Source: the human T2T-CHM13v2.0 reference genome, Homo sapiens. From it: a stretch of 64,000 nucleotides of DNA. Both the position numbers and the translations under genes were made by a program. The notes below the pieces were generated by a model, which worked only from the letters and a program-made list of their open reading frames with translations, was not told the DNA's origin and did not search any database. Numbering within the stretch: the first letter of the stretch is position 1; each line of letters opens with the position of its first letter. Positions 22,651 through 36,666 of this stretch are shown here, piece by piece. The stretch lies in NCBI RefSeq assembly GCF_009914755.1, contig NC_060930.1. One strand, 5' to 3'.

Positions 22651-25129
22651 AAGGCTTGAAATGAAATCTGAGAACTCAGCCTCTTGATTCCAATTTTAAA
22701 CATGCAATTGATTCTTGTAATTTTTCATTCTTGTCAAAATGCATACCAGTAAGTTTGTAATCAGTATTGGCATGCTTAAAAGAATTTAAGACTTGCTATA
22801 TTTGTCATTTTAATTTATTTAAACTTTAAAGATTTGTTCAGAACTTGGAAAGATTTTGCTTAAGCTCATAAATTTACCCACTCAGGCATATGAGATAGGG
22901 TACTTTGATTTATAAATGAAGTTTAAAATTAAGGGAATTTAATTAAGTTTTCAAAATGAGATTGGTTGTTTTAAGGGGAATTTACTTTGTGTAACTTGAG
23001 TTCATCAAACGCTAATCCAAGTTCCCTGCAAAACCTGTTCTGTTTTATATAACATTTACTCGTTTTAGAAATAGATGAGATTTGCAAATTGAACCTAAAG
23101 ACTTAAGGCAAATTATGTATCTTTTTATACTTTAATAAAGAAAAATAAAATAAATTTGAAACACAAATAACTCTAACTGGCCCTTTTTATGTAAAAAGAA
23201 GTCCTTGAATAAAATTTACCTTGACAGCACTAGCAATTCCGCAACTCTGGCGTGTGTCTTTGAAAATGTCTTATTTCCTCTGCGTTGCCCAGCCTCCTCT
23301 CTTGATGGTTCTGCTGGGGGTGGTGGGGAGCGGTTGGAGCGGGGGAACACACATCTGGGAATACTTTTCTACCTCATTCAGGGCATCTAGCTGACTCCTT
23401 AGTGGGCGGGCTTCCTAATGGATTCCTGGGGCTTCTGCACAGTCTTTTTCTACTGGTAAATCTGAACTCCTCCCCCAGCTAGTGTCTTGCTCCTCCTCTT
23501 CCCTTCCTCCCTCCTCCTTTCCCCACCCCCATTCCCCTATCCTCACAGCTTTCCCCGCAAACTCTTCAGTCTTTTAAATCTCTTACACCTGTCTCCTGCC
23601 TCCCACCATGCCCCTTGCAGGCACCTACTTCCTTTTGTCCTTAGTTCTTTGGTCCAGTTTCAGTTCCATCTGGTATTCCATGGTGGAGACAGCAGGAGAT
23701 TTAGATTCATGAGGTTTTAAGAATGGGATTAAGAAAGACGAAACATCTATAAGACAAATAAGAATTTAAGTAAATCCTTTATTGAACTAAAAACATTCTT
23801 TGACTCGTTTTTGTGAATTAAGTTGCGTTACAAAAACAATCTCCTTCCGTTATCCTAACTTGAATATTGGCCTAGCCTCCAAATAGAGGAGCAGAAGTAC
23901 AGCCCTTGGGAAACAGATTGGGTGGGGTATGCAATCCTGCAGCCTCTAAAGAGAGCACTTCCATCTGGCATTCCAATAGAGTAAATCAGAATTTTCCTTG
24001 CCTTTTATTTCTGCATGTCAGTTTCTTCATTCTCCAACCTGTCCCTCCCTCCCTCTCAAGAAAATGAGCTCTACGCTAAGCCCTACCCAAAGCCAACCAA
24101 GCCATTTTCTCCTTATTTTCCTCTGTCTCCTTCTCCTTGAAACCATAGTAGAGGACCCCATCTAATCTCCAGGTGACCATACTCTGTAATCAACATGCTT
24201 GCTGAAGCCTGAGATCTGGGATGCTCATCAAGTGGAGGCCCTTCTTCCCACCTCTCCTCCTGTGCTTAACTCCCTGGTTTCCTGGTTTGCCTTTCAATTT
24301 CCTGCTGGAATCAGACCCTTGTCCTGGACCTCACAATGATTAGCAGCTTGTTTGGCCTTTGAAAGGCCCAGCGCCAGGTTAATAAACCACGACTTAGAAA
24401 GAAATCCCAATAGCTGGATACTCCACATCTGCTTCCAACTAATTAGCCTCTTAGATTGGAGACATACGATCTGCCTGCATGGTAAGGGGAGATTTCTGGT
24501 CTTGTGTTACCAGCACCTGGAGGGTACCTTCTGGATGTACATATCAGCCCTGATTGAAACCCAAGGTCCCTCATCTCCTTGAACTTTATTATTTCAACTG
24601 CTGGTTTTACTCTTGAGAGTAAGCCCTGCCACCTGGTTAGTTTCCCCAGCTCTTGACCCTTCCATTCCCCACTGTCATTACTCTTCCTGCGGCCCTGCTT
24701 GAGCTCCAAGTGTGCAGAGAGGTCACATGAGTTATTGCCTTGCATATCCGCAGTTCAATTGTAATCGATGTTCATAGGAATGTCCCTAAGTCACCATAGG
24801 AGCTAAAGGTGCCTTCTAAATCATCAAGGAAAGAATAAATTATGTTCAGTAAGGTTTTATTATTCCCATATTTTCATTCTTTAAAGCCTGGTAATCCACT
24901 AAGGAAATATGGCTAACTCTGTAGTAATCAGATTCATCAACAGCCCATTTCTGAGTAGCTTAAGATTTAATGCCTTTGGAAAGATCTAGATGATTGAATG
25001 TTTCATTAATATCCAGATATTTGATGTCATGTACACACATTTCAGACAGTTTAGTATAAAGAGAAGGTCATTTCTAGCAGATGAGCCCGCAGTGCCTTGG
25101 CTTCTTATGCCAACAGTCTCCACTACCTG

Positions 25130-27045
25130 CTAATTGTTTTGTTGCAGTCTCATCTAACCTTCTGGGTGAATTCCCTTCATTCTTTGAGAATTTAGCACCC
25201 AGTTCACCATCTTTCCCTCATGTGTTACTCCTTGATAACTCTTAAGGAGAAATTGTGGCAGCCAGACACACTCCCCATGTTACTGGACATGGTACAGGTA
25301 GTGAGGGCTGTATGACTGGTTCCAGGCAATGATATGGTGAGTGGAAATAATGAGTATCATTGCTGAGGCAAAGTATTTAAGAGTCCATGTGCCATCTCTA
25401 TTCTCTTGCTTCCCTTTCAACAGTGACTATAGATGCCACATGTTGAGATGCAGAGCCCAAAACTGACTCCTTAAGTCACTCAGTGGAGAGACCAGCCTTG
25501 GAGAGTTGCTGAGCTTCAACTTTGCATGCATTAGAAACGTGGGGGCTTGTGACCACTGAAACACTGAGGTTGTTACTGCAATATAGCGTCACCTCTCTTA
25601 ACGTGTACATACATGTAGTTGATCCTGTCAATACCATGAACTGTTAGTTCCTTGACTTCTCCTTCAGTGATTTTGTCTCTCAACTTACTTTAGCCATCCA
25701 TTCCCTTGGTTATATATTGGTTGCTACTGATAACTGTACCCCTTGTGTAAACTAAATCTTGAGTAGCCCTCTTTCCAAATACCATCCCCTATATTTCCAA
25801 TTTATTTCTGCTAGTATCTCAACTTCAACAATTCTGCAGACTCTAGTTTTTGCTTTTCCTCAGAACACACATCCTTATTTTTCTCTGTACACAGCTTAGC
25901 TTCCATAGTTTAGCACTGTAACCATTTTTGTGCACACAACCTCAAGTACTTTGCCCTCTCTCTCTTCTTGGCAGAGCTCTAACCTAAGTAAAATCTGATG
26001 TTCTTGAAACACACTCATATTTGTGAACAGGCAAGTGGATATTGCTGGAGAAAAACATAAAACCCCCTGAATGGATCCTACTTATCTAGTTATTCCCATT
26101 ATATCCCTCCCAAGCCTTTCACTCTTTCACTGTCTTGGATGAATATTTCATTTTCTCTTCTCAATTTCCTGTCACTTTCTCCCCAATTGCATTCTCAGCT
26201 GACGACTTTACTTTTTATTTTATTGAGAAAATATCAGCAATCTGAAAAGCACTCCCACACACTTTCCCTACTAAATCTACCAACCTACCAGCATCTTGGC
26301 CCATCTCTTCTACTGTCCCACCTGCTACTTCAGATGAACTGTTCTTACTCCTATCTAAGAACTATTCGGTGATGTGTGCACTGGATCTTGTTCTCTATGC
26401 CTACTCAAAGTTATTCATCCTGCAATTGGCTTCCCTTTCTCTTGCATTATAAATTTCCCCTTCTTTACTGGATCATCTCATTAGCATCAAAACATGCTCT
26501 CATATCTTCTGTCTTAGAAAGACAGAAAAACTTCATACACCATACATCTCCTTATAGCTACCTCCCTATTTTCTCTTCTCCCCTTTATAGTTAAGCTGAT
26601 ATAATTGACAGGCTGCATGTCCTCTCCTCCCATCTTCTCCTGAACCCCTCCAATTAAAGTTGTATTTATATCACTCCTATGAATTAGTGCTTGTCAAGAT
26701 CTCCAACTCCCACAAAGCCAAATCCAAAAATCAATTCTCTCTTTTCATCTGACTCTATCTTTTGACATAGTTGACCACTTCAAACAAATCAAAATTCTTT
26801 CTTCACTTGGATTTTAAGCTATTATCCTCCCTGGTTCCTTCTACCTCACTGTCATTTTCTTCTCAGTTTCTTATGTTTCTCATCTCCTAGACCTCTTATC
26901 ATGTTGGCATGACACAGGCCTGGATTTTCATGACTTTTATCTGCCCTGATTCCCTGACCTATCTCTTTTGATTCACTGGCTTTAAATATCTATGTGCTGA
27001 CTACTTCCAAATATGCTGCCACCCCAGACTTGATATTCAAACTCT
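25130..27045 (+). mobile_element. Long L2 LINE remnant (ORF2 region), interrupted by MLT1
   Basis: Pyrimidine-rich L2 hallmarks: GCTGGAGAAAAACA, CTCAGCTGACGACTT, CCTGCAATT..CCCTTTCTCT, TTTGACATAGTTGACCACT, GGCTTTAAATATCTATGTGCTGA. Confidence 0.8.
25254..25608 (+). mobile_element. MLT1I/J-like LTR
   Basis: TGTGGCAG..GAGGCAAAGTATTTAAGAG..GCCACATGTTGAGATG..GTTGTTACTGCA..TACA. Confidence 0.65.
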
Positions 27046-27362
27046 AGAGTAAACTCGGTTGTAAAGAGCACAAAGTATTTCTGGACATTTTGTTTGTTTG
27101 TTTTTGCTTTTCATTCTGTAAATTGACATTGCAAAAAGACAACTTTTGCCATACAAGCTGTAAAGTGCATCCCTACAATGTTTTAGTAATTATATTTGAG
27201 ATTTTAAGGTATTTGAATACTCTGAGAGATGAGAAGAGCTCAATTATAATTAATAATTCTAAAAGCATTAAGACTGAACTTAGGTGAGATTTACTTTTTT
27301 CTTCAGAGACTAATCAGCATCAAGTTAAGTTTTTCTGGTGTTGTTTTCTGTGCTAAATGTCT

Positions 27363-27743
27363 TGATATGGTCTGGCTCTGTGTACCACCCCTCACCACCA
27401 AATCTCACCTTGAATTGTAATCCAAATTGTAATCCCCACGTGTTGGAGAAGGGACCTCGTGGGAGGTGATTGGATCATGGGGGCGGTTCCCTCATGCTGT
27501 TCTCGTGATAGTGAGTTCTCATGAGATCTGATGGTTTTATAAGGGGCTCTTCCCCCTTTGCTCTGCACTTCTCTCTCCTGCCACCTTGTGAAGAAGGATG
27601 TGTTTGCTTCCCCCTTCCACCATGATTGTAAGTACCTGAGGCCTCTCCAGCTATGTGGAACGGAGTCAATTAAATCTCTTTCCTTTATAAATTACCCAGT
27701 CTTGAGTATTTTTTTAATAGTAGTCTGAAAACTGACTAATACA
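27363..27743 (+). mobile_element. THE1C/D MaLR solo LTR
   Basis: TGATATGGTCTGGCTCTGTG ... GACTAATACA; flanks tgtct / catct. Confidence 0.92.
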
Positions 27744-28312
27744 CATCTTTTCCTTTCTCTGTCTGAACATAGATATGGTCCACCCTCTTCTTGCCCTTTC
27801 TGCCAGGCTTTTCCACTGCTATGGAGAAATACAGAGTATAAGATACAAAAGTCAGTAGTTTTGAGACAGATTACGATTTAAATAATTAAATTGCCACTTA
27901 GGCAATTAAGGCACTGTGGTACATTAGGATTATAACCTGAACTCCTGAATATAAATTTTAAAAAATTATTTTGGCCCCTATTTTCCAATGGTATTTCAAC
28001 CTTTATTAGCTTCCCATTGAAAAACTTGTGTGCACAGAGAAAATGATTCATAACTGCAATAGCCCTGAACATCAGGGAACATGGTAAATTTTCCAGAATG
28101 TTGGAAGTATTTTACTAACCAAGTTTGGATCAGGCTTCTATATTAGGCAAAATAGGAAGAGCACCGGACTTGGGGTCCTGGTACCTGCCACCAAGTAGTG
28201 GCTTTAAATGAGTCACTTTTCTGTAGACATTAGCTGCCTCATCTAAAAAGTAATGAGATTGAAGCTAGTGGCTTTTAAGTGTCGTTTAAGGTACTTACGT
28301 CCTATAACCTGT

Positions 28313-28331
28313 TTGTGTGTGTGTGTGTGTG
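28313..28331. repeat. (TG)n microsatellite
   Basis: tgtgtgtgtgtgtgtgtg. Confidence 0.85.
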
Positions 28332-28639
28332 CATCTTTACAAAAGCAGATGAGATTGAATGAAAATTTATGCCTTTCTTTTTTTGAGTGCATTATGTAAT
28401 ACACTTTGCAGACTTGTGCATGTGATTTCTCCTGTTTCTTGTAGAAAGCAAACCCTGTTGTTGTATTCTCTGAAATGGAGTCAATGTTTTCTCTGTCTGG
28501 TATTCTTCCAGCTTTACTAGGTTATGCAATCCCCTTTATTTGGGAAATTCTCCTCGTGGCTTCCCAGCCATGTAATTCTCCCAGTTCTTCCATGTTCTTG
28601 AATAATTCATCTCCCCTTTCATCATGAGTATGACATTAA

Positions 28640-29050
28640 TCTGATCCAACCCTAGGAGACTTTTCTTCTGATTATGTATGATTGTTTCCAGAGTTAGGCA
28701 TAGAACCAAGCCGGGCCATCAAAATTTTTCCTATCATTGTTCAACCTGGAGAAAGGGAAAAAATGGCATTTCCTTATTTATTATGAAGCTAGGAAACAGG
28801 AAACAGGTGGCTTCATCTTCTTTTGTTCCCTGCTATGTTGAGAAAGCTGGTTGGAGGACATGATGCCACAGAGTGAGAGGCTGAAGCAAGAGGTGAGGGG
28901 AGAGATGGGCTTGGTGGTATCTGAGAGTCTGTGGCCTGCTGAACCACTCTACTTCCTGTAGTTACATGAACCTTCTGATAAATTCCAATTTTTGCTTAAG
29001 GTAGTTTGAGTTTAGGTTTCTGTCTGTTGCAACCAAGATTCATTAATGAC
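28640..29050 (+). mobile_element. MLT1K/L-like LTR remnant
   Basis: 3' end CAGTTACATGAA-like..TAAATTCC..TTTGCTTAAG..AGTTTGAGTT..GGTTTCTGTC..TTGCAACCAAGA. Confidence 0.6.
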
Positions 29051-29169
29051 CTATTTTCATACCCCCTCAGATATGAAAATTTGTGATAAAAGAGGTAGGC
29101 ATTTTCCCCCCCTTTTTACTCTCCTTTTTTAAACTATGAAAATAATGGAGGACATATAGAAGGATTTTG

Positions 29170-30340
29170 GTGTGAATTAGCATCAGTCACACTCAGAACT
29201 GCTTGCTGTCATTCCTGTCCATTTCATACCTTCTCCTCCTTTTCATGATAGTCCTCGGCTCCTGGCCACAGGAGTGAGGGTTGGCCCAGGATGCTCTTAT
29301 CATGTATCATATTCTTCACGGTTCTGGGTACAGTGAGTGATTTGCCCAAGGTTTGTGAGCACACAACCCAAGCCAGACTGTTAGCGGTGGAAGAGATCTG
29401 AGTTACTGACAGCATATCCCTATGGGTCCATAGCAACTTCAGTCCTCACCTCTTCAGAAGAAAGAATTCGACAGAGGGTTATAAAGCAGAAAAAGAGGCC
29501 AAGGCAAGTTCCAGAACAGGGATGGAAGTTTATTTAAAAAGCTTTAGAACAGGAAAGAAAGGAAAGAACCCTTGGATGAGATCCAAGTGGGTGCCTGAAG
29601 GTCAAAAAGAGAAAAGAGAAGACAGAAGGGAAAAAAAAAAGGCCTTTAACTTTGACTCTAGGACTTCACAGGCTCGCCTCTTTCCCATGACTCTTCCCTT
29701 AGGGTGGGCTTCCTGCATGCACGGTGCTTTCCTTACCTGTTGGAACTGAGTGTGTGCAGTGCGTATCTGGAGTTATACATGAGTATAACTCAGAGTGCCC
29801 ATCTGAGGCTTTTTTCCTTTTTTTCCAGTCTCATGTGTCCCCCAAAACATCATACTATGCCATTTTGTCTCTTAACGCGCATGCCCAAGAAACAGCTTCT
29901 CTCTGGGGCCTGCATTCGATTAACACTCTTAATGTTAACAGGTGTGGACCATCAGGAGCCTGTCCCTGGCTGCTGAATTATCATTTTTAGAGAGGAAATG
30001 CAATAATTGCCAAACCATCACCCGACATTTCTAGTGGGTGCCAGGGGAAGAGCCCTCTCCTGCCCCGCTCATGCCTAACTACCTGTAACAAGACCAGTAA
30101 GGATTTTTCCCTGGATTTTTTCAAACTGAATCAGAAGAGATGCCTCTTAGACTCTTGTGCCACAGAATTGCTATTGTATAGTAAGTCTGATACATCCATG
30201 GCTGTGCTGTCCACGCACAGGGTTAAAGTGCATCATCAACGGGAAAAAATTAAGCTGAAAGGCAGACGGGTAAAAACTTTGACCGCAAGGGTTTTAAAGC
30301 TATGGAGTTTGTGGGTCCAGTCATCACCAGCTAGAGGCTG
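29170..30340 (+). mobile_element. MLT1K/L-like LTR remnant split by MER50
   Basis: CCTGGCCACAG..ACCCAAGCCAGAC | AGACCAGTAAG..TTCCCTGGATTTTT continuity across the MER50 insertion. Confidence 0.5.
29379..30090 (-). mobile_element. MER50-like ERV1 solo LTR
   Basis: TGTTAGCGGTGGAAG...TAACTACCTGTAACA termini, GAAGAAAGAATTCGAC motif; perfect 4-bp TSD agac. Confidence 0.85.
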
Positions 30341-30848
30341 CTGTCATGGGTTGTGTTTTTCAGAAGCAGACGCTGAGATGGATTTGGGCATAATGGGTAT
30401 TTTTAGGGATCAATGCCCATGAATCCTATGCGGGAGGTTGGGGTCCAGGGAAACTTGCAGGAGAGAAGCCGCTCCTTTATTTTCAATCAAGGGAGGAATT
30501 CCAGCTCTTAATAGAGAGGTATGGGCTACTACTGCAGGCTCCAAAGTTGCAGAACATTCTGGGGTTCCAAATTTTGAGGTGCCTTTGTCCAGGTTCTACA
30601 GTTTCAGATGGAAAGATCTCATTTTTCCCAACCAGGTGCTGATGTTTATCTAACAGCCTGCCTTCATTTGAGTATTTTCCCTTATCAGGAGTTTGGCCAC
30701 CCTTAAACCAGGCCCTGGCCCAGCTTTTTCTTCCCTCCTGTTGTAGAAAGTAGAGTCCCTGTGAGAGACCGCAGAAGCCCTCTGGCTTTCACACTTGGTT
30801 TTCATTGGCTGTCAATCACCTGCACCTTTTCATTAATTTTTTCTGGAA

Positions 30849-31036
30849 GAGTGGTTTTCAAAGGAAGGTCCCTGAGCCAGCAGCATCACCATCACCTTGA
30901 AGTTGTTAACCATGTAAATTCTTTGGCTCTACCTCAGACCTTCTTGATCAGAAACATTACACTGGAGCCCAGAAATCTGTGCGTTTTGCCAAATGTCCAG
31001 GTGATTTTGATGCATGCTGGAGTTTGAGATCCACGG
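30849..31036. mobile_element. MER5A hAT MITE
   Basis: AGTGGTTTTCAAAG..CCAGCAGCATCA..CCCAGAAATCTGTG..CCAGGTGATTTTGATGCATGCTGGAGTTTGAGATCCAC. Confidence 0.85.
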
Positions 31037-32122
31037 ATTTAGAATATCAATATCATTTAGCAATAGTCATTGGAATAGCATTGTCCTAGTTACAAAGTCC
31101 TAGTACCTCTCAAATGCCTGATATATCATGCCAGCTGGTGCCTTCCCTTCTACTGGTGTGCTGTCCCCAATCAGCTCTGCTGTGAGTTTTAACAATTGGA
31201 ATTGTGCTAGATGTCAGAACTCCCTGTACCCAATGATTGAGTACTTTGTAAGCTAGGGCTAGTTTAAGTTAGGATTCTACCACTTGCCACTAAACAAATT
31301 CTGACTAATATACCTGAAACACCTAATGTATACCTGTGGGGAATGTATTTTTTAAACAATATTAATAATAATCATTTAGTACCATGTAATTACATAGTGC
31401 ATTGCTGTTTAAAAAGTTCTTTCCTATGTTACTTTATGTGATTGTAATGAGAAAGCCATGAGAGGAAGGGCAAGGCTGATTCGACTGCAGATGGCTATGG
31501 CTTTCTATATCTTTGAATAATATTTTACTTTTCTTTTATGTCAATGTGAAATATAAGATGAACTAAGGTAAGAACATCTGGTTGTTCGTAGTAGTGGAAG
31601 ATGCTCGCATTCTTTCATTGCCTTTAATTGAAACTTGCTCCTGTAACCTCAGGAGAACTGAAGAGATAAAGACCTGTCCTCTGACTTCCTCAGAGACCTT
31701 TTCTGCAGCATGTGCTGTCACTAAGATGACACAATCCATCCACAAAGCATACAAAAGTGTTCAATGACAATGTTCTCCGCATTTTCTCTGGGTGTATATG
31801 CAGTTTCCAAATGACACACTTGATCCTATCATTTTGGCAGTACTCACGTTTAATACCAATCAATGCTCGCAATTAACTGTGATTTACATCAGCTGTTAAG
31901 GTAGGTGAACACATTTTTCCATCGCACAATTTCTGTATTTTGCAGCTACATTCTTGGTCTCTAGGTCTTTGAAACTGAAATTACCAGTCTTTATTCCTGG
32001 AGATATTTTGAAGCTATTTCAACTGATTAACCAGAAAACATTTGTTTAAATGCCTAATAAAAGACTGGTATTAAGTTAGATATCATGGTAGAGACAAGAA
32101 AATATATAAAACATGGTCTAAT

Positions 32123-32575
32123 TGTAAGGTGAGTTTCTCAGGTTGGGTTCCCTAGATTCTGAGCCTGACACACAAATTCTTGTGCAAGTGATTCACTGAG
32201 GGGGTGGTTTCAGGAGAATCCTGCAAGGGGTAAGGGAAATAAGGTGGGGCAGGGAAAGAAGCTGGGCAAAGATGTGGTTTCAGAAAACATCTAGCCTCAG
32301 ATTTTTCCCATCGCAGAATACTAGAGAGTGAATCCCACAACGGAGTTTGCCCTGCACAGAGGGGACTGTATGAGTCAGTCATTGGCTATGGATTGCCTCC
32401 AGGGGTTGAGGCACAGCATCCCCAGATATCTTAGTGGAGTCGATTCCCGTCAGTCAAGGGCAATCTTCTAGAAAAGTTTGCAGGTATGAACCTGTGACAA
32501 CCCACACCTGCAGCAGCTGGGCAGTGGGTGTATAAGCCTGGTAAAGGGGAATCAAATAGGGTAATAACATCACTT
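32123..32575 (-). mobile_element. LTR16C-like ERVL LTR
   Basis: CAGGTTGGGTTCCC..GCAAGTGATT..GGGCAGGGAAAGAAGC..GCAAAGATGTGGTTTCAG..CAGTCATTGGCT. Confidence 0.75.
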
Positions 32576-32599
32576 ATATAAAAAAGTTATCTGCAATTC

Positions 32600-33160
32600 T
32601 AGTAATAATGATGGTGATGTTAACAGCAATTATACAGTGCCTAATATATGTTAACACTGTTTTAAGTGTTTCATAGCTATTGAATCATTTAATCCTCAAA
32701 ACACCTATGAAACAGATAATATTATCCTATTTATAGGGGAGGAAACTGTAAATAGTCATGATCTTAGAAATGATGTAGGAAGCAAGATCCAGCCAAACCC
32801 AGGCCCAGTTGGAAATATAACCTAGGCAATGTGTCAATGGAAGAAAGAATAGGCTGGACCTGGTGATTATGTGGAGGATGACCTTCCAGATAGTAAACAT
32901 TGGGAGGTACACTGATTCTCATAAGGATATCAGTGATGAAACTTTATTATTCGTAGTTCACAAAATACTCTCATCAACAGTCTAATTAAATTTCCACAAT
33001 GACCTGGTGAGAAAAGGGTTTGGATTCCCATTTTAGAGAACTAAAGACTAATTATTAGAACTTGTGATCAACTTGATGACACTCAGAAGAGGTGTCCTAG
33101 CTGGGTCTCCAGACCAGATCTTTGCTGCCCAGATGGGAACACTTTCAGTAGCTACAACTA
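32600..33160 (-). mobile_element. Two MIR fragments
   Basis: TCATTTAATCCTCAAAACACCTATGA..GGAAACTG (32600-32760) and CCCATTTTAGAG..CTAAAGAC (32950-33160). Confidence 0.6.
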
Positions 33161-33189
33161 AAAGTAGAAAAGATTAAATGTTTGAAGAC

Positions 33190-33567
33190 TGTTAAGGATT
33201 GAATAATATTCCCTCAAAATTCATGTGTTGAAGTCCTAACCCTCAATGTGACCGTATTTGGAGACAGGGCCTTTAAAAAGATAATGAAGTTTAGATGAGG
33301 TCAGATGAGTGGGCCCTAATCCAATATGACTGGTATCGTTATAAAAAGAGGAAGAGACATTAGGGATGAGCTTGCCCAGAGCAAAGTCTCCATGAAGACA
33401 CACTAAGAAAGCAGTCGTCTGCAAACTGAGAGAGCTCAGGAGAAACTGAACTGACTGACAACTTAATCTGGACTTCCAGCCTCCAGAACTGTGAAGAAAT
33501 AAATTTCTATTGTTTAAGTCACTTGGTCTGTGGTATTTTGTTATGGCAGCCCTTGCTGACTAACACA
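33190..33567 (+). mobile_element. MLT1A-like solo LTR
   Basis: AAAATTCATGTGTTGAAGTCCTAACC..GGACTTCCAGCCTCCAGAACTGTG..GACTAACACA; perfect TSD aagac. Confidence 0.9.
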
Positions 33568-33684
33568 AAGACCAATGTTAAAGAGCCCTGGTGACAGAGG
33601 TAATCATCACTAAATATATTGTACACACCATTGTCCTTCAAAGTACTGGTGATCTATACAAACATTTCAGTCTAATTTACCAAC

Positions 33685-34385
<701 letters not shown>

Positions 34386-34759
34386 CTGAGGATTTCTCAA
34401 AAATCCTCCAAGTACTTCCTAGATGTAACATGTCCCTTTCCTGAGAACATTAACTGTGGATGTTTCCTTCGTGTGGTAGTTTTCTTGCTTTACACCAAGT
34501 GACTTGTCAAGAACTCTATAGCTTGTTGCACACGTGGCTCAATCAAAAGGAGTTTTATAGAAACTGTATTGCTGCACAACTCTACCTAATAACACTGCTT
34601 TAGATTAAGCAGGGCTAATCAACCCAAGCATACCCTTTCTTTTTGTGAGTTTGAATTCATAACGTACAAAGAGATAGAAGTAAGCAATCCAAGGTGAAGC
34701 AGAGACTGAGATGCTGAATCATCAGGATGGTGAAGTGATAGAGCTGGGAGCCACAGATG

Positions 34760-35260
34760 CCCTCTGTTCTGAAATTTGCCTTTTTGCCCTCAGATCCATT
34801 CTCTATATTTCTCCAGCACTGATATCTATCACTAACTCCTGGTTATGTTAAGTTGATGGAAGGCACCGGTAGGAGATATGGCTGCAGGAAGAAGGGAAAA
34901 GCCAGTATATTTTCCCCTCTCTTCCTGTCTCAGTTGGTGTCTTTGGCAGAGGCTATATAACCTTTATGATTCCAGCTCCTGCCTGAAAGCATCTCATTTG
35001 ATTGTGCAACCTCCCACCAGGCAGGCCCACCGTCGTCCTCTTTCCCCCAGGTGGCCATGCTTTGTCATTTCTTGTAACACCACCTTCTCTCTTTGTCTTT
35101 CCAGCTCTCAGGGTGACAGCAGATTATTGCTGATTTTAATGAGACCCACCATTGCCTATTGATCTTCTCACATTTTCATCTCTTGTGAAACCAATTCCTG
35201 TATTAAATTCCTTCTACTTGAAGCATCTAGAGTTTTCTTGTGTTGACCACAATGCCATAC
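34760..35260 (+). mobile_element. LTR41/LTR33-like ERVL LTR
   Basis: CCCTCAGATCCATTCTC..GAAGGCACCGGTAGGAGAT..CCAATTCCTGTATTAAATTCC. Confidence 0.65.
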
Positions 35261-36075
35261 TTTGCTAAGGAGATGAATTCTAGAGTTGCTCTCTAGAAAC
35301 CATCTATTCACCCTAAAAAATGATAAAGAACATTCTGCTTTCAATCTTTGGTATGTATTGCAGAGTTAGTTTTGGAGTTTCTTTCCTTTCTCATAGGCCT
35401 TACAATATTTATTTAACATTTGAGATAACCTGAATGTATCTATTCTTGCAACCTGAGCATCCAGGATAACTCAGGCAATAACTTGTAAGAAAACAACACT
35501 CTTATTTTTTTAAAAAAGATGAATGGTTTAATCAGATAGATGATCACAGAAAGGTTTAAGTTAAAAGCAGATCCTAATTGCAATCTCCTTATTATTTACA
35601 TGGATGTTTATTCTACTTATCCATTTACCAGCTGGAATTCTTAGACTCGGCCCCAGTGGAAAGGGCAAACTCTGATTGGAATATGAACACATTTCATGGC
35701 TACAGTAATATTTTTTACTGTACAATGGAAATGCTCAAGGTATTCATTAGTTAGCCACATTTCTATAAAAGCCTCAGAATTAACCTCACAATATTGCTAC
35801 AATATTGCTACATGGAAAAAGCTTGAAAGGCAGCTTGATCTTTTGGGAGGGGACATAAGCAATCTGGAGTTAAGGCATCTATAATTTTTTTAAGTCCCAT
35901 AGGGGATTCTAATATACTCCCAGTGGTGAGAAACACAAGTTTAGATTGGTAGAATAAAACAATGTCTTTCAATATTTTTTCCCAATAATTATTCTAGCTA
36001 TATGGTAGGTTTTCTTGCTCTAAGTTGATGTATGATATTAAAAGCATATTTGAAAGAATAAATGATTTTGCATAG

Positions 36076-36437
36076 TGATATGGTTTGGCTCTGTGTCCCC
36101 ACCCAAATATCATCTTGAATTTTACTACCATAATTCCCATGTGTTGTGAGAGGGACCTGGTGGGAGAAAATTGAATCATGGGGGCAGTTCCCCCATACTG
36201 TTCTCCTCATAGTGAATAAGTCTCATGAGATCTGATGGTTTGATACGGTGAAACCCGTTTTGCTTGGCTCTCATTCTCTTCTCTTGTCTGCCACCATGTG
36301 AGATGTGCCTTTCAACTTCCACCATGATTGTGAGGTCTCCCAAGGCACGTAACTGTAAGTCCAATAAACCTCTTTCTTTTGTAAATTGCCCAGTCTCAGA
36401 TATGTCTTTATCAGCAGCATGAAAATGGACTAATAAG
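36076..36437 (+). mobile_element. THE1B solo LTR
   Basis: TGATATGGTTTGGCTCTGTGTCCCCACCCAAAT..GTAAATTGCCCAGTCTC..TTTATCAGCAGCATGAAAATGGACTAATA; TSD catag/cattg. Confidence 0.92.
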
Positions 36438-36666
36438 CATTGTTTTAAATTAAATTTGTATGAATAGCATGGCATTTGCTTGGCATAGAGTAGAAAACCA
36501 CATAAAAGAATATAGCATGTTTTATGGGATATCAGCATATGGGGCATGCCAAGTTGAATTTCAGACCGGAGTTAAGTCAAGAGGAAGATGGCAGTGTAAC
36601 TGTCTCAGACTGTTATATGCCAGAGACTATATTCCTGAGTTTCATAGTCAGTTGTTGCAGCACAAC

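Noticed and set aside
35788-35812. 11-bp tandem duplication acaatattgct x2 (similar small duplications at ~41491 and ~45817)
   Set aside because: Ordinary slippage duplications with no functional indication
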